Positions 1 through 14,000 of a DNA stretch of 64,000 bases are shown here, piece by piece. The first letter of the stretch is position 1. Each line of letters begins with the position of its first letter. The translations under genes and the position numbers were made by a program. Origin of the DNA: Mobula hypostoma (Eukaryota). A model generated the notes under the pieces. The model saw only the letters and a list, made by a program, of their open reading frames with translations, searched no databases and was not told the origin of the DNA. Location of the stretch: positions 9,116,001-9,180,000 of the forward strand of contig NC_086101.1 of assembly GCF_963921235.1 (NCBI RefSeq). The letters are read 5' to 3'.

Positions 1-494
1 GAAGGATGCAGATACTATAGAGAGAGTGCAGAGGAGATTTACAAGGAATTTGCTTGGATTGGAAAGTGTGCCTTATAAGAATAGGTCAAGTGAATTTGGC
101 CTTTTCCTCCAAGGAGCGACGAAGGATGAAAGGTTACATGATAGAGGTTTATAATATGATGAGGGGCATTGATCGTGTGACTAGCCAGAGGCTTTTCCCA
201 GGGCTGAAATGGTTAACACAAGAGTGCATAGTTTTAAGGTTCTTGGAAGTAGGTACAAGGGGATGTCAGGGGTAAGTTTTTCACACAGAGAGTGGTGGGT
301 GCTTGGAATGCATTGCCAGTGAAGGTGGTAGAGCCAGGTACAATAAGGTCTTTGAAAAAATCTCTTAGATTGGTACATGGAGCTTAGGATAATAGAGCGC
401 TATGCAATAGGGAAATTCTAGACAGCTTCTAGAGTGTGTTCCATGGCTGACATTATGTTGTGGGCTGAAGTGCTGTAAATTTTCTATGTTCTAT
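1..494 (+). mobile_element. CR1 LINE 3' fragment (ORF2 C-terminus plus tail)
   Basis: Translation ERRRMKGYMIEVYNMMRGIDRV...RLFP matches the CR1 ORF2 C-terminus seen in other copies in the window; ends in a ttctatgttctat tail. Confidence 0.85.
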
Positions 495-1295
495 ACTGGA
501 TGAACTCAGCAGGTCAGACTGCACCTATGAAAATGACATTTCAGGCCAAGATCCTTCTTCAGAACTGGAAAGGAAGGGGGAAGTCCCTAGAATAAAATAG
601 GTGGTGGGGGGGGGGAACAGAAAGGAAGATAGCTGGAAAGTAATCGGTGAAGCCAGTTAAGTTGGAAAGATAAAGGGTTGGAGAAGAAGGAATCTGATAC
701 GAGAGCAGAATCGACCAAAGAAGAAGGGGCAGGAGGAGGGGACACAGGGGGAGATGATAGTCAGTTAGGCGAAGGTAAGAGGCCAGAGTGAGGAATAGGT
801 GAAGAGGGGAGGGGGATGGAATCTTTTTCTGGAAGCAGAAATAAAATTCATGCCATCAGGTTGGAGGCTACCCAGACATAATATACTGTGTTTTTCCTTC
901 ACACAAGAGAAGGCTATGTACTGACAGGTTGGAATGGGAATGAGAATTGGAATTAAAATGTTTGGCCACCAGGAAGTTCCATCTTTGGCAGATGGAGCAG
1001 AGGTATTTGACAAAGCAGTCCCCAATTTACAACAGGTCGCACCAATGTAGTGGAGGCTGCATTGGGAGCGGCAGACCAAATAAATGACCGCAGCAAATGA
1101 AGTGTTGCCTCACCTGGAAGGACTTTTTGGGTCCTTGAATGGAGGTGAGGGAGGAGGTGAATAGGTAGTTTGGCTGCTTGCAGGGGTAAGTGTCAGGAGT
1201 GAGATTAGTGGGGAGGGTGAATGGACAAGGGAGTCATGGAGGGAGTGATCCCTGCAGAAAGTAGAGAAGGGAGGAGGTAAAGATATGTTTGAGGA
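495..1295 (-). mobile_element. Degenerate Penelope-like element 3' fragment (GIY-YIG remnant plus 3' UTR with decayed hammerhead motif)
   Basis: Minus-strand peptides CRSQCSLHYIGAT, LGSLQPDGMN and FSTFCRDHSLHDSLVHS parallel the PLE at 40792-43173. The reverse complement of ~532-570 reads CTGAAGA-agg..cct-GAAA-tgtc. Confidence 0.8.
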
Positions 1296-1399
1296 CACGA
1301 GATCAGTGGGGCAGGAGCAGGGTCGGACTATAGGTCAACTCTTGTCTTGCTTTTCAGGAATTGTCCCTTTCAGTTCTGCCTTACACTGAACCAGGCTCC

Positions 1400-1613
1400 G
1401 CGCTCCGGGTTCATTTATATTCAGACCTCTTTAATGTGTTTCTGATCCCACCCTGACGTGGAAATTGCCGCGAATCCTTCCCAGACCACACTTGCAGCAA
1501 CGTTATGTTCATTCCCGGGACTGTAGCGCACCTACTGGACAATCGCGGTACTGTAGGGGTTCAGCAGCTCCCTGAAGTGAAGGATCCCGAACCAGGAAGT
1601 GCCGGGAATGAAC
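1400..1613 (+). promoter_or_regulatory. Probable promoter/5' UTR of the TRIM gene
   Basis: Non-repetitive, CpG-containing segment directly upstream of the ATG. It contains TTTATA (~1415), TGACGTGG (1454-1461, CRE/UPRE-like) next to GGAAATTGCC (kB-like), and CAGGAAGTG (1593-1601, ETS-like). These are motif matches only. Confidence 0.35.
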
Positions 1614-2024
1614 ATGGCTTCGAAAGGACAGGTCGAGAGTTTAACCGAGGAGGTAATTTGTCCTATCTGCCTGGATTTCTTCACCGATCCTGTTATACTG
1701 GAGTGTGGACACAACTTCTGCCGCTCCTGTATCACACGGTGTTGGGAAAGGGAGGAGAGAAACTCCTGCCCGGAATGTAGAGAGGAGATTGCAGACCGCA
1801 GCCTCAGGATCAATCGGGCCTTAGCAAATCTGTCTGAGAAAGCTCGAAAACTAAACCTGAATCGGAAAGAGAAGGAAAGTAAACTTCACTGCGAGGAACA
1901 TGAGGAAGAACTGAAGCTGTTTTGTGAGACGGACAAGACACTGATCTGCCTGATCTGTGCGACTGCGCGGGAACACAAGTCTCACAACTTCATGCCGGTT
2001 AAAGAAGCCATTAAAATTTACAAG
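1614..2024 (+). CDS. TRIM coding exon 1: C3HC4 RING and B-box 2
   Basis: aacATGg start; [28 protein letters not shown]...CPEC; B-box CEEH...[14 protein letters not shown]...EHKSH; donor AAG|gtaaaa. Confidence 0.95.
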
Positions 2025-5000
2025 GTAAAAACAACCCGCTTTCTACCGTCTTTTTGTCTGATCCAAAAGTGTCATCTTTTTTGTCTAATCCATTCACTCT
2101 CTGATTCCCAGGATCGGGTTAAATCTTCCTTAGACTCTCTCACAAAAAAGAAATCGGACTTTCAGGAAATGGAGCAACAACAGAAAGAGAAGATTGCTGG
2201 AGTCCGGGTGAGGCTTCCAGAGCAGAATTTCCAATATCGTTGTGTAGTCTTGTTCCCTTTAATACAGAATAGCAGAGTATTGCAGCTCCAGCGCCCGGGA
2301 TTCGATCCTGACCTCTGGTGCTGTCTGCGTGGAGTTTGCACGTTCGTTCCGTAACCAGTACCTTCTTTCAGCCGACGTTGAACGGTAAATTGGCTCCTGT
2401 AATTAACCCCATTGAAGGGGGGGGGCGGTGTTGTGTGTGAATCAGGTGGGCCTTAATGTGTCAGTGAAGAAGACTGGGTTTCAGGGAAATGTGATCGAAG
2501 ATCTGAGGGCCACTTCCTTCCTGTTATGCCACTGGCGTTTAGGACAGCAATGACAGTCCTCCATCTCTGGCAGTGTTCATGTCTTCATTGAACATGTCAG
2601 CAGCTACTTCTCGGTTTTCACTACTGTCAGTCATGCAGGTCCTGAGTGGAGACTCAGGAATAACATGGCACTCAGATGTAGAAAGACTCTTCATTGTTTC
2701 CGTAACAATTTTGTTTCACCAGTCAGTATTGTTAGCCCTGAGCTGAACCCATGAACCTGGAGGACCAGTAGACCACTCTTACTTTGGCCTCTACCCTTTG
2801 ACCTGTTTGGCATGGGTGACCCCACCAAGAGTCAAAGCATAAAGCCCTGACTCCAGCCAATATAGTTCTTTGGGTCAGTGAGGCACACAAGCTTCCAAAC
2901 CCAACGGCAAGGTTGTGGTCCTCTTGGATGATAATGGGCTGGATAGACCTTCCATATCATAAGGAAATACATCAGGGCCAAATAATAAACTAGCCTCTCC
3001 TTTCATTTGACAGGAACAGTCACACAACGTTCAGTCCCACATCACATCCCAGTTTGCTGAACTGCGCCGGATTATCACCGAGAAAGAGCAGCGCGCGCTC
3101 CGAGATCACAGGGAAGAAGAGGAGAGGATTCTAAGTCCAATGAAGAAAAATCTTCAAGAGATTCAAGAGAATTTAAATTCCATCCAGGAGGAAATCTCAA
3201 AGTTACAGGAACGGATGGATCAACAAGACAATATCATATTCCTCATGGTGAGAGATTTCATTTTGTTTCTGTAAAAGTTCACATTCAGAAAATGATGTAT
3301 TTTATCTCAGTGTGGGATTTACATATATTGCAGTTGTAAACTGATTTAAACCAGACAGATGGTTTGACTGTTCAGGATTGTTGTTGTCCCCAATCCAGCC
3401 TCCCAATACATCTGTACATCACAGGACAGTCTGCATTCTTCTCGGGAGTGTTCACTCTGATCATAGCACTGAACCAGTGATTATTTCTCTGATTCCCCAC
3501 GTATAATATCCCCTGATACTCAGAGTAACATCCCATTACAGTCCCAGACTGTGAGTGTGCCTGGTGTGGTGGGTGTGAGGGTCCTAAGCTCTGGTGCTGT
3601 CTGCATGGAGTTTGCATGTTTGATCCTAAGCTCAGTTGGCCGGGATGACCGACCAGGGGTGAGCCACAGTGGCAGGGCTTCCAGCAGTGAGTCTGACCCT
3701 GTGGCACAGAAGGGTGGGACGGAGAAGAGGAGAGCTGTCGTCATTGGGGACTCTATAGTCAGGGGAGCAGACAGGAGATTTTGTGGACGTGAGAAGGACA
3801 CCCACATGGTTTGTTGCCTCCCAGGTGCCAGGGTCCAGGATGTCTCTGACGGGTGCACGACATTCTGGTACGAGAGGGAAACCAACCAGAATTTGTGATA
3901 CATGTTGGGACCAACGACATAGGCAGGAAGAGGGATGAGGTCCTGAAGTGTGAGTTTCGGGAACTAGGCAGAAGGCTGAAGAACAGGACCTCAAGGGTGG
4001 CGTTCTCAGGATAGCTGCCAGTGCTACGTGACAGTGATGGTAAGAATTGGAGGAGATGGCAGTTGAATGCGTGGCTGAGGAGTTGGTGCAGGGAGCAGGG
4101 TTTTAGATTTTTGGATCATTGGGATCTCTTCTGGGGAAGGTGGGAACTTTACAGATCGAATGGGTTGCACCTGAACTCGACGGGGAGCAATATGCTTGCA
4201 GGTAGGTTTGCTAGCATGGTTTGGAAGGGCTTAAATTAATTTGCAAGGGGGATGGGACTTGGAGCGATAGAGTAGTGGAAGAAGTGCATGGGGTAAAGCC
4301 AGATCTAACATATAGAGAGGCTTTGAGGAAAGAGAAGCAGAATAAAGGGTGTAAAGGTAGTAAGGCTGAATGGCTAAAGTGTGTGTACTTCAATGCAAGA
4401 AGCATCAGGAACAAAGGTGATGAACTGAGCGCTTGGATAAATACATTGAATTGTGATGTCCTGGCCATTACAGAGACTTGGCTGGCACCAGGGCAGGAAT
4501 GGATTCTCAATATTCCTGGATTTCAGTGCTTTAAAAGGGATAGAGAGGGTGGAAAAAGGGGAGGAGGGGTGGCATTACTGGTCAGGGGTGCTATTACAGC
4601 TACAGAAAGGGTGGGTAATGGAGCAGGATCCTCTTTTGAGTCAGTATGGGTGGAAGTCAGGAACAGGAATGGAGCAGTTACTCTATTGGGGGTATTCTAT
4701 AGGCCCCCTGGTTGCAACAGAGATACCGAGGACCAGATTGGGAGGCAGATTTTGGAAAGGTGCAAAAATAACAGGGTTGTTATCATAGGTGATTTTAACT
4801 TTCCTAATACTGATTGGCATCTGGTTAGTTCCAATGGTTTAGATGGGGCAGAGTTTGTTAAGTGTGTCCAGGATGGATTCCTGTCACAGTATATGGACTG
4901 GCCAATTAGGGGGAATGCCATACTGGAGCTAGTATTATGTAACAAACCGGGTCAGGTCACAGATCTCTCAGAAGGTGAGCATCTGGGGGAAAGTGACCAC

Positions 5001-8000
5001 CGCTCCTTAGCCTTTAGCATTATCATGGAAAAGGATAGAATCAGAGAGGACAGGAAAATTTTTAATTGGGGAAGGGCAAATTATGAGGCTATAAGGCTAG
5101 AACTTGCGGGTGTGAATTGGGATGATGTTTTTGCAGGGAAATGTACAATGGGCATGTGGTCGATGTTCAGGGATCTCTTGCAGGACGTTAGCAATAAATT
5201 TGTCCTGGTGAGGAAGATAAAGAATGGTAGGGTGAAGGAACCAAGGGTAACAAGTGAGGTGGAAAATCTAATCAGGTGGAAGAAGGCAGCGTACATGGGG
5301 TTTAGGAAGCAAGGATCAGATGGGTCTATTGAGGAATATAGGGAAGCAAGAAAGGTGCTTAAGAAGGGGCTGAGGAGGGCAAGATCGGGGCATGCGAAGG
5401 CCTTGGCGAGTAGGGTAAAGGAAAACCCCAAGGCACCCTTCAATTATGTGAAGAACAGAAGGATGACAGGAGTGAAGGTAGGACCGATGAGAGATAAAGG
5501 TGGGAAGATGTGCCTGGAGGCTGTGGAAGTGAGCGAGGCCCTCAATGAATACTTCTCTTCAGTATTCACCAATGAGAGGGAACTTGATGATGGTGAGGAC
5601 AATATGAGTGAGGTTGATGTTCTGGAGCATGTTGATATTAAGGGAGAAGAGGTGTTGGAGTTGTTAAAATACATTAGGATGGAAAAGTCCCCAGGGCCTG
5701 ATGGAATATTCCCCAGGCTGCTCCACGAGGCGAGGGAAGAGATTGCTGAGCCTCTGGCTAGGATCTTTATATCCTCGTTGTCCACGGGAATGGTACCAGA
5801 GGATTGGAGGGAGGCGAATGTTATCCCCTTGTTCAAAAAAGATAGTAGGGATAGTCCGCGTAATTATAGACCAGTGAGCCTTACGTCTGTGGTGGGAAAG
5901 CTGTTGGAAAAGATTCTTTGAGGTAGGATCTATGGGCATTTAGAGAAACATGGTCTGATCAGGGACAGTCAGCATGGCTTTGTGAAGGGCAGATCATGTC
6001 TGACAAGCCTGATAGAGTTCTCTGAGGTGGTGGCCAGGCATATAGATGAGGGTAGTGCAGTGGATGTGATCTACATGGATTTTAGTAAGGCATTTGACAA
6101 GGTTCCACACGGTAGGCTTATTCAGAAAGTCAGAAGGCATGGGATCCAGGGAAGTTTGGCCAGGTGGATTCAGAATTGGCTTGCCTGCAGAAAGCAAAGT
6201 GTCGTGGTGGAGGGAGTATATTCAGATTGGAGGGTTGTGACTAGTGGTGTCCCACAAGGATCGGTTCTGGGACCTCTTTTCATGATTTTTATTAACGACC
6301 TGGATGTGGCGTTAGAAGGGTGGGTTGGCAAGTTTGCAGACGACACAAAGGTTGGTGGTGTTGTGGATAGTGTTGAGGATTGTCGAAGATTGCATAGAGA
6401 TATTGATAGGATGCAGAAGTGGGCTGAGAAGTGGCAGATGGAGTTCAACCCAGAGAAGTGTGAGGTGGTACACTTTGGAATGACAAACTCCAATGCAGAG
6501 TACAAAGTAAATGGTAGGATACTTGGTGGAGTGGAGGAGCAGAGGGATATCAGGGGTACATGTCCACAGATCCCTGAAAGTTGCCTCACAGGTAGATAGG
6601 TTAGTTAAGAAAGCTTATGGATTGTTAGCTTTCATAAGTTGAGGGATAGAGTTTAAGAGTCACAGGGTAACGATGCAGCTCTATAAAATTCTGGTTAGGC
6701 CGCACTTGGAGTACTGTGTACGGTTCTAGTCACCTCACTATAGGAAGGATAGAAACATAGAAACATAGAAAATAGGTGCAGGAGTAGGTCATTCGGCCCT
6801 TCGAGCCTGCACCGCCATTCAGTATGATCATGGCTGATCATCCAACTCAGAACTCTGCACCAGCCTTCCCTCCATACCCCCTGATCCCCGTAGCCACAAG
6901 GGCCATATCTAACTCCCTCTTAAATATAGCTAATGAACTGGCCTCAACTGTTTCCTGTGGCAGAGAATTCCACAGATTCACCACTCTCCGTGTGAAGAAG
7001 TTTTTCCTCACCTCGGTCCTAAAAGGCTTCCCCTTTATCCTCAAACTGTGAACCCTCGTTATGGACTTCCCCAACATCGGGAACAATCTTCCTGCATCTA
7101 GCCTGTCCAATCCCTTTAGGATTTTATAAGTTTCAATCAGATCCCCCCTCAATCTTCTAAATTCCAATGAGTATAAGCCTAGTTCATCCAGTCTTTCTTC
7201 ATATGAAAGTCCTGCCATCCCAGGAATCAATCAAGGATGTGGAAGCATTGGAAAGGGTACAGAAGAGATTTACCAGGATGCTGCCTGGTTTAGAGAGTAT
7301 GCATTATGATCAGAGATTAAGGGAGCTAGGGGTTTACTCTTTGGAGAGAAGGAGGATGAGAGGAGACATGATAGAGGTGTACAAGATATTAAGAGGAATA
7401 GATAGAGTGAATAGCCAGTGCCTCTTCCCCAGGGCACCACTGCTCAAAACAAGAGGACATGGCTTTAAGGTAAGGTGTGGGAAGATCAAGGGGGATATTA
7501 GAGGAATGTTTTTTACTCAGAGAGTGGTTGGTGCATGGAATGCACTGCCTGAGTCAGTGGTGGGGCAGATACACTTGTGAAATTTAAGAGACTACTAGAC
7601 AGGTATATGGAGGAATTTAAGGTGGGGGGTTATTTGGGAAGCAGGGTTTAAGGATTGGCACAGAATTGTGTGCCGAAGGGCCTGTACTCTGCTGAACTAC
7701 TCTATGTTCTATGTCTCTCTGTTTGAAATATGGAAAAATATACAGCACAATTCATGCCCTTCAGCCCACAAAGCTGGGCCGAACATGTCCCTACCTTTGA
7801 ACTACCTGGGCTTTACCCACAGCCCTCTATTCTTCTCAGCTCCATGTAGCCATCCAGGAGTCTCCTTAAAGACCCTATCATTTCGGCCTCCATCACCACC
7901 GCTGGCAGCCCATTCCACTCACTCACCATTCTCTGCATGAAAAAATTTACTGCTAACATCTCCTCTGTACCAACTTCAAGCACCTTAAAACTATGCCCTC

Positions 8001-11000
8001 TTGTGCTAGATATTTCAGCCCTGGGGAAAAGCCTCTGACTATCCACACAATCAATGCCTCTCATTATCTTGTACACCTCTATCAGGTCACCTCTCATCCT
8101 CCGTTGCTCCACGGAGAAAAGGCCGAGTTCACACAACGTACTCCCATAAGCCATGCTCCCCAATCCAGGCAACGCCCTTGTAAAATCTCCTCTTCACCCT
8201 TTCAATGGTTACAACGTCTTTCCTGTAGTAAGCTGACCAGAACTGAGCATAGTACTCCAGGTGGGGTCAGACCAGGGTCTGATATAGCTGCAACATTACA
8301 TCTCAGCTCTTAAACTCAATGCCATGATTGATGAAGGCCAATGCACCATATGCCTTCTGAACCACAGAGTCAACCTGTGTAGCAGCTTTGAGTGTCCTAT
8401 GGACTCGGACCCCAAGATCCCTCTGATCCTCCACACTGCCAATAGTCTTTCTATTAATACTATATTCTGCCATAATATTTGACCTACCAAAATGAACCAC
8501 CTCACAGTTATCTGGGTTGAACTCCATCTGCCACTTCTCAGCTCAGTTTTGCATCCTACCTATGTCCCGTTGTAACCTCTGACAGCCCTCCACGCTATCC
8601 ACAACACCCCCAACATTTGTGCCATCAGCACATTTACTAACACATCCCTCCATGTTCTCATCCAGGTCATTTATAAAAATCACAAAGAGTAGGGGTCCCA
8701 GAACAGATCCCTCAGGCACACCACTGGTCACCGACCTCCATGCATAATATGACCAGTCTACAACCACTCATTGCCTTCTGTGGGCAAGCCAGTTCTGGAT
8801 CCACAAAGCAATGTCCCCTTGGATCCCATGCCTCCTTACTTTCTCAATAAGCCTTGCATGGGGTACCTTATCAAATTCCTCGCTAAAATCCACATACACT
8901 ATATCTACTGTTCTACCTTCACTAATGTGTTTAGTCACATCCTCAAAAAATTCAATCAGGCTTTTAAGGCACAACCTGCCTTTGACAAAGCCATGCTGAC
9001 TATTCCTAATCATATTACGCCTCTCCAAATGTTCATAAATCCTGCCTCTCAGGATCTTCTCCATTAACTTACCAACCACTGAAGTAAGACTCACTGGCCT
9101 ATAATTTCCTGGGCTATCCCTACTGCCTTTCTTGAATAAGGGAACAACATCCGCAATCCTCCAGGACCTCGCCTGTCCTCATTGATGATACAAAGATCAT
9201 TGCCAGAGGCACAGCAATCTCCTTCCTTACTTCCCAAAATAGACTGGGGTATCTCCCATCCGGTCCCAGTGACCTATTCAACTTGACGCTTTTCAAAAGC
9301 TCCAACACATCCTCTTTCTTAATATCTACATTCTCAAGCTTTTCAGTCCACAGCGTCATCCTACAATTGCCAAGATTTCTTTCTGTAGTGAATACTGAAG
9401 CAAAGTATACATTAAGTACTTCCGCTGTCTCCTTCGGTTCCATACACACTTTTCCACTGTTACACTTGATTGGTCCTATTCTCTCACGCATTATCCTCTT
9501 GTTCTTCAAATACTTGTAGAATGCCTTGGGGTTTTCCTTAATCCTGCCTGCCAATGCCTTCTCATGACCCCTTCTGGCTCTCCTAATTTCATTCTTAAGC
9601 TCCTTCCTGTTAGCTTTATAATCTCCTAGATTCCTATCATTACCTAGTTTTTGGAACCTTTCGTATGCTCTTCTTTTCTTCTTGACTCGATTTACAACAG
9701 CATTTGTACATCACGGATCTCCTTGCACCCTACCATCCTTTCCCTGTCTCATTGGAACACACCTACGCATAACCCCACGCAAATGTCCCCTGAACATTTG
9801 CCACATTTCTTCTGTACGTTTCCCTGAGAACATCTGTTTCCAAATTATGCTTCCAAGTTCCTGCTGAATAGCCTCATATTTCCCCTTACTCCAATTAAAG
9901 GTTTCCCTAACTTGTCTGTTCCTATCCCTCTCCAATGCTATGGTAAAGGAGATAGAATTGTGAACACTATCTCCAAAAATGCTCTCCCACTAAGAGACCT
10001 GACACCTGACCAGGTTCATTTCCCAATACCACATCAAGTACAGCCTTTCTGCTTGTAGGCTTATCTGCATATTGTGTCAAGAAACCTTCCTGAACACACC
10101 TAACAAACTCTACCCTATCTAAACCCCTCACTCTAGGGAGATGCCAATCAATATTTGTGAAATTAAAATCTCCCACCACATCAACCCTGTTATTATTACT
10201 CCTTTCCAGAATCTGTCTCCCTATTTGCTCCTCGATGTCCCTGTTACTATTGGGTATCTATAAAAAACACCCAGTAGTGTTATTGATCCCTTCCTATTCC
10301 TAATTTCCACCCACAGTGACTCCGTAGACAACCTCTACATGACTTCCTCCTTTTCTGCAGCCGTGACACTATCTCTGATCAACAGTGCCATGTCCCCACC
10401 TCTTTTGCCTCCTTCCCTGTCCTTTCTGAAACATCTAAAGCCTGGCACTTGAAGTAGCCATTCCTGCCCCTGCACCATCCAAGTCTCTGTAATGGCCACA
10501 ACATCATAGCTCCAAGTGCTGATCCATGCTCTAAGCTCATCCGCTTTATTCATGATGCTCCTCGCTTTAAAATAGACAAATCTCAAACTATTGGAATGAG
10601 CACGTCCCTTCTCTATCACCTGCTTATCCTCCCCTTCGCACTGTCTCCAAGCTTTCTCTATTTGTGATCCAACCGCCCTTTCCTCTGTCTCATCAGTTCA
10701 GTTCCCACCTCCCAGCAATTCTAGTTTAATCTCTCCCCATTAGCCTTAGCAAGCCTTCCTGCCAGGATATTGGTCCCCCTGGGATTGAAGTGCAACCTGT
10801 TATTTTTGTACAGGTCACACCTGCCCCAAAAGAGGTCCCGATGATCCAGAAATCTGAATCCCTGCCCCCTGCTCCTTTCGTTCAGCCACGCATTTATCCT
10901 CTACCTCATTCTTTTCCTATACTCACTGTCACGTGGCACAGGCAGTAATCCCGAGATTACTACCTTTGAGGTCCTGCTTCTCAGCTTCTTTCCTAACTCC

Positions 11001-14000
11001 CTGTAGTCTGTTTACAGGATACCCTCCCTTTTCCTACATATGCCGTTGGTACCAATATGTACCACGACCTCTGGCTGTTCTCCTTTCCACTTCAAGATAT
11101 CGTGGACACGATCAAAAGCATCCCAGACCCTGGCACCTGGGAGGGAAACTACCATCCACATTTCTTTCCTGTGTCCACAGAATCGCCTGTCTGATCCCCG
11201 AACTAAAGAGTCCCCCATCACTGCTGCCATCCTCTTCCTTTCCCTACCCTTCTGAGCCACGGGGCCAGACTCTGTGCCAGAGGCGCAATCACTGTTGCTT
11301 CCCCCAGGTAGGCTCCCCTCCCCCACCAACAGTACTCAAGCAGGCATACTTATTGTTAAGGGAGACAGCCACTGGGGTTCTCTCTAGTACCTGCTTCTTG
11401 CCTTCCCTCTCCTGACCCACTTCTCTCTCTCCTGTGGTTCCGGGGTGACTATCTGCCTATAGCTCCTCTCTATCACCTCCTCACTCTCCCTGACCAGGCG
11501 AAGGTCATCAAATCGCATCTTCAGTTCCCTGACTCGGTCTCTAAGGAGCTGCAGCTCGACATACCTGGTGCAGATGTGGTCGTCCTGGAGGCTGAGAGTC
11601 TCCAGGACCTCCCACATCTGACACCGAGCACAGAAAACTGGCCTCACACACATATTCTCTGTCTTTATTTTAAACAGGTAACCTACTTTGCCTCGACCCT
11701 TTATCGCCGAAGCCCCATTGAGCCAATGCCTTCTGACTCTGTCACCCTCTGCTCAGTTGCCCGCTCTGTAAATCTGTCTACCTTATAAACTCTTCCCGCT
11801 GTTCTCACTGGCTGACCTCCACACATTTGCGCAGTCGTGCCCCATTCAAACCACCGAAGAAACAACCACTGTTATTTACCACCGTTAACCACTGTTGATT
11901 AGTGGGAACTGAGGTTGAATTCCAGAATGTGACCCTCACATCAGATTTACCATCTATATCTGGTTTGTATCAGGTTCATTGTTTTGGAGAATTTTGCACT
12001 GTCTTTTGTTTTTCAGAAATATTCTTCATCAGATTATATCCCATTTTCCATCACAGTCAGGTTTTTCAGTCCATTCTCTCCTATCAGTTTCCCTGCTTCA
12101 CAAGCCTCTTCCCACCTACGCACCACACCCAGCAACAGTGACCCCAACTCCATGGTCCCTCATGTGTTTATCCAGCTTCCCCATTACATTCAATCTCTAC
12201 TGTTTCACTTCAACCACTCCTGTGACAGTAAGTTCCACATTCTTTTCACCACATTTCTTGTGGAAGTTATCAATGACCAACTGTGTTATATCTTTGACTT
12301 TTGGTCTCCACACAAGCAGAAATATTTTCTATCGAATCCATTCGGAATCTTAAATTCCTCCATTTGATCCTCCCTGACATCATATCCAGATAAAAATACA
12401 CAACCTGTCCAGTCTCTCCTGTAAATTCCTTCTCTCAGTTATGGTATAATTCTCATAAACATTCCTTATACTTTCTCCCATGGTTCAATATCCCTCTTTC
12501 TCCATTCGTGTCAGTGGGAATGAGTTTATTGGGAATTTTCAGCAGCTTGTAATAACTTGGCTCAGATTCCTGCTGTCGGAATGCCAACGATCAGTTTCAG
12601 TCAATTGAGATCTGTGTTTTATTTATTTCAGGAGGAAGCTCGTCGGAAGAGGAGGTAGGACATGGTCTTGACTGAAACTCTGTATGAATTTATAAAATAC
12701 TTCAAATATCACTGATGCTCAGTTTATAACTACATGTATAATATTTACAGGATTAGTGATGATAACCACGCATTGTCAGTGACAGATGGTGCCCTACTGG
12801 TTGAAAAATTCGATCACCCCTATTTGCTCGACAAGGTGTCAGAAGAAGCAATTGACAGCATTAAACAAGGTAAAACATCAGATTCATTTGTCCTTGTTTA
12901 TGAGACACAACTAAGTTATAATTAGACACAAAATATGGCTGTAATTATAGGCTGAAGGGAAACTATAGACAATACGACATAGGAGCAGAATTAGTCTCTT
13001 TGGCCCAATGAGTTTGCTCCGCTATTTAATCATGGCTGATCCTTTCTTCCCCTCCTCAGCCCCTCTCCCCTGCCTTCTCCCTGTAACCTTTGATGCCACG
13101 TCCAATGTCCAATGTCCATGTCCAATCAAGAATCTGTTGAGCTCTGCCCTAAGTACACCAAACGCCCTGGCCTCCACTGCTGCCTGTGGTAATAAATTCA
13201 TTAAATTCACCACCCTCTGGCTAAAGACATTTCTCCACATCTCTGTTTAAATGGATGTTCCTCTATCCTGAGGCTGTGCCCTCTTGTCCGAGATTCCCCA
13301 CCATGAGAACATCCTTTCTACATCTACTCTGTCCAGGCATTTCAGCATTCGAAAGGTTTCAATGACATCCCCCCTCATCCTTCTAAATTCCAGCTAATAC
13401 AGACACAGAAATGTCAAATGTTCATCATATGATAACCATTTCATTCCCAGAATCATCATTGTGAACCTCCTTTGAACCCTCTCCAATGCCAGCACATCTT
13501 TTCTTAGATGAGGAGCCCAGAACTGTCCACAACACTCAAGCTGAGGCCTCACTAGTGCCTTATAAACCCTGAGTATCACATCCTTGCTCTTGTATTCTAG
13601 ACCTCTTAAATCGAATGCTAACATTGCATTTGCCTTCCTCACCACTGACTCAGTCTGCAAGTTAACCTTTAGGGTGTTCTGCACAAGGACACCCAAGCCC
13701 CTTTTCATCTCAGATGTTTGGATTTTCTCCCCACTTAGAATATAGTCTGCAGATTTATTTCTACTACCAAAGTGCATGAGCATGCATTTTCCAACATTGT
13801 ATTTCATTTGCCACTTTCTTGCCCATACTCCGAATCTGCCTAAGTTCTTCTGCTGCCTATCTGTTTCCTCAACACTACCTGCCCCTCCACCAATCTTTAC
13901 ATCAGCTGCAAACATAGCAACAAAGCCATCCATCCCATCATCTATGAGGGTGATTGATAATTTCGTGGTTTAAGGTCCATTTTCTCAGACAGTGCTTACT

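Noticed and set aside
1599..2354. 251-aa ORF as a complete single-exon gene
   Set aside because: It reads through intron 1 and into intron 2. The splice sites and downstream coiled-coil and PRY/SPRY exons show a spliced gene, and the listed start is a GTG upstream of the probable ATG at 1614.
4221..5921. 566-aa ORF as a functional or domesticated gene
   Set aside because: It is CR1 ORF2 cut by a premature stop, with further lesions downstream and near-identical disrupted copies elsewhere in the window.
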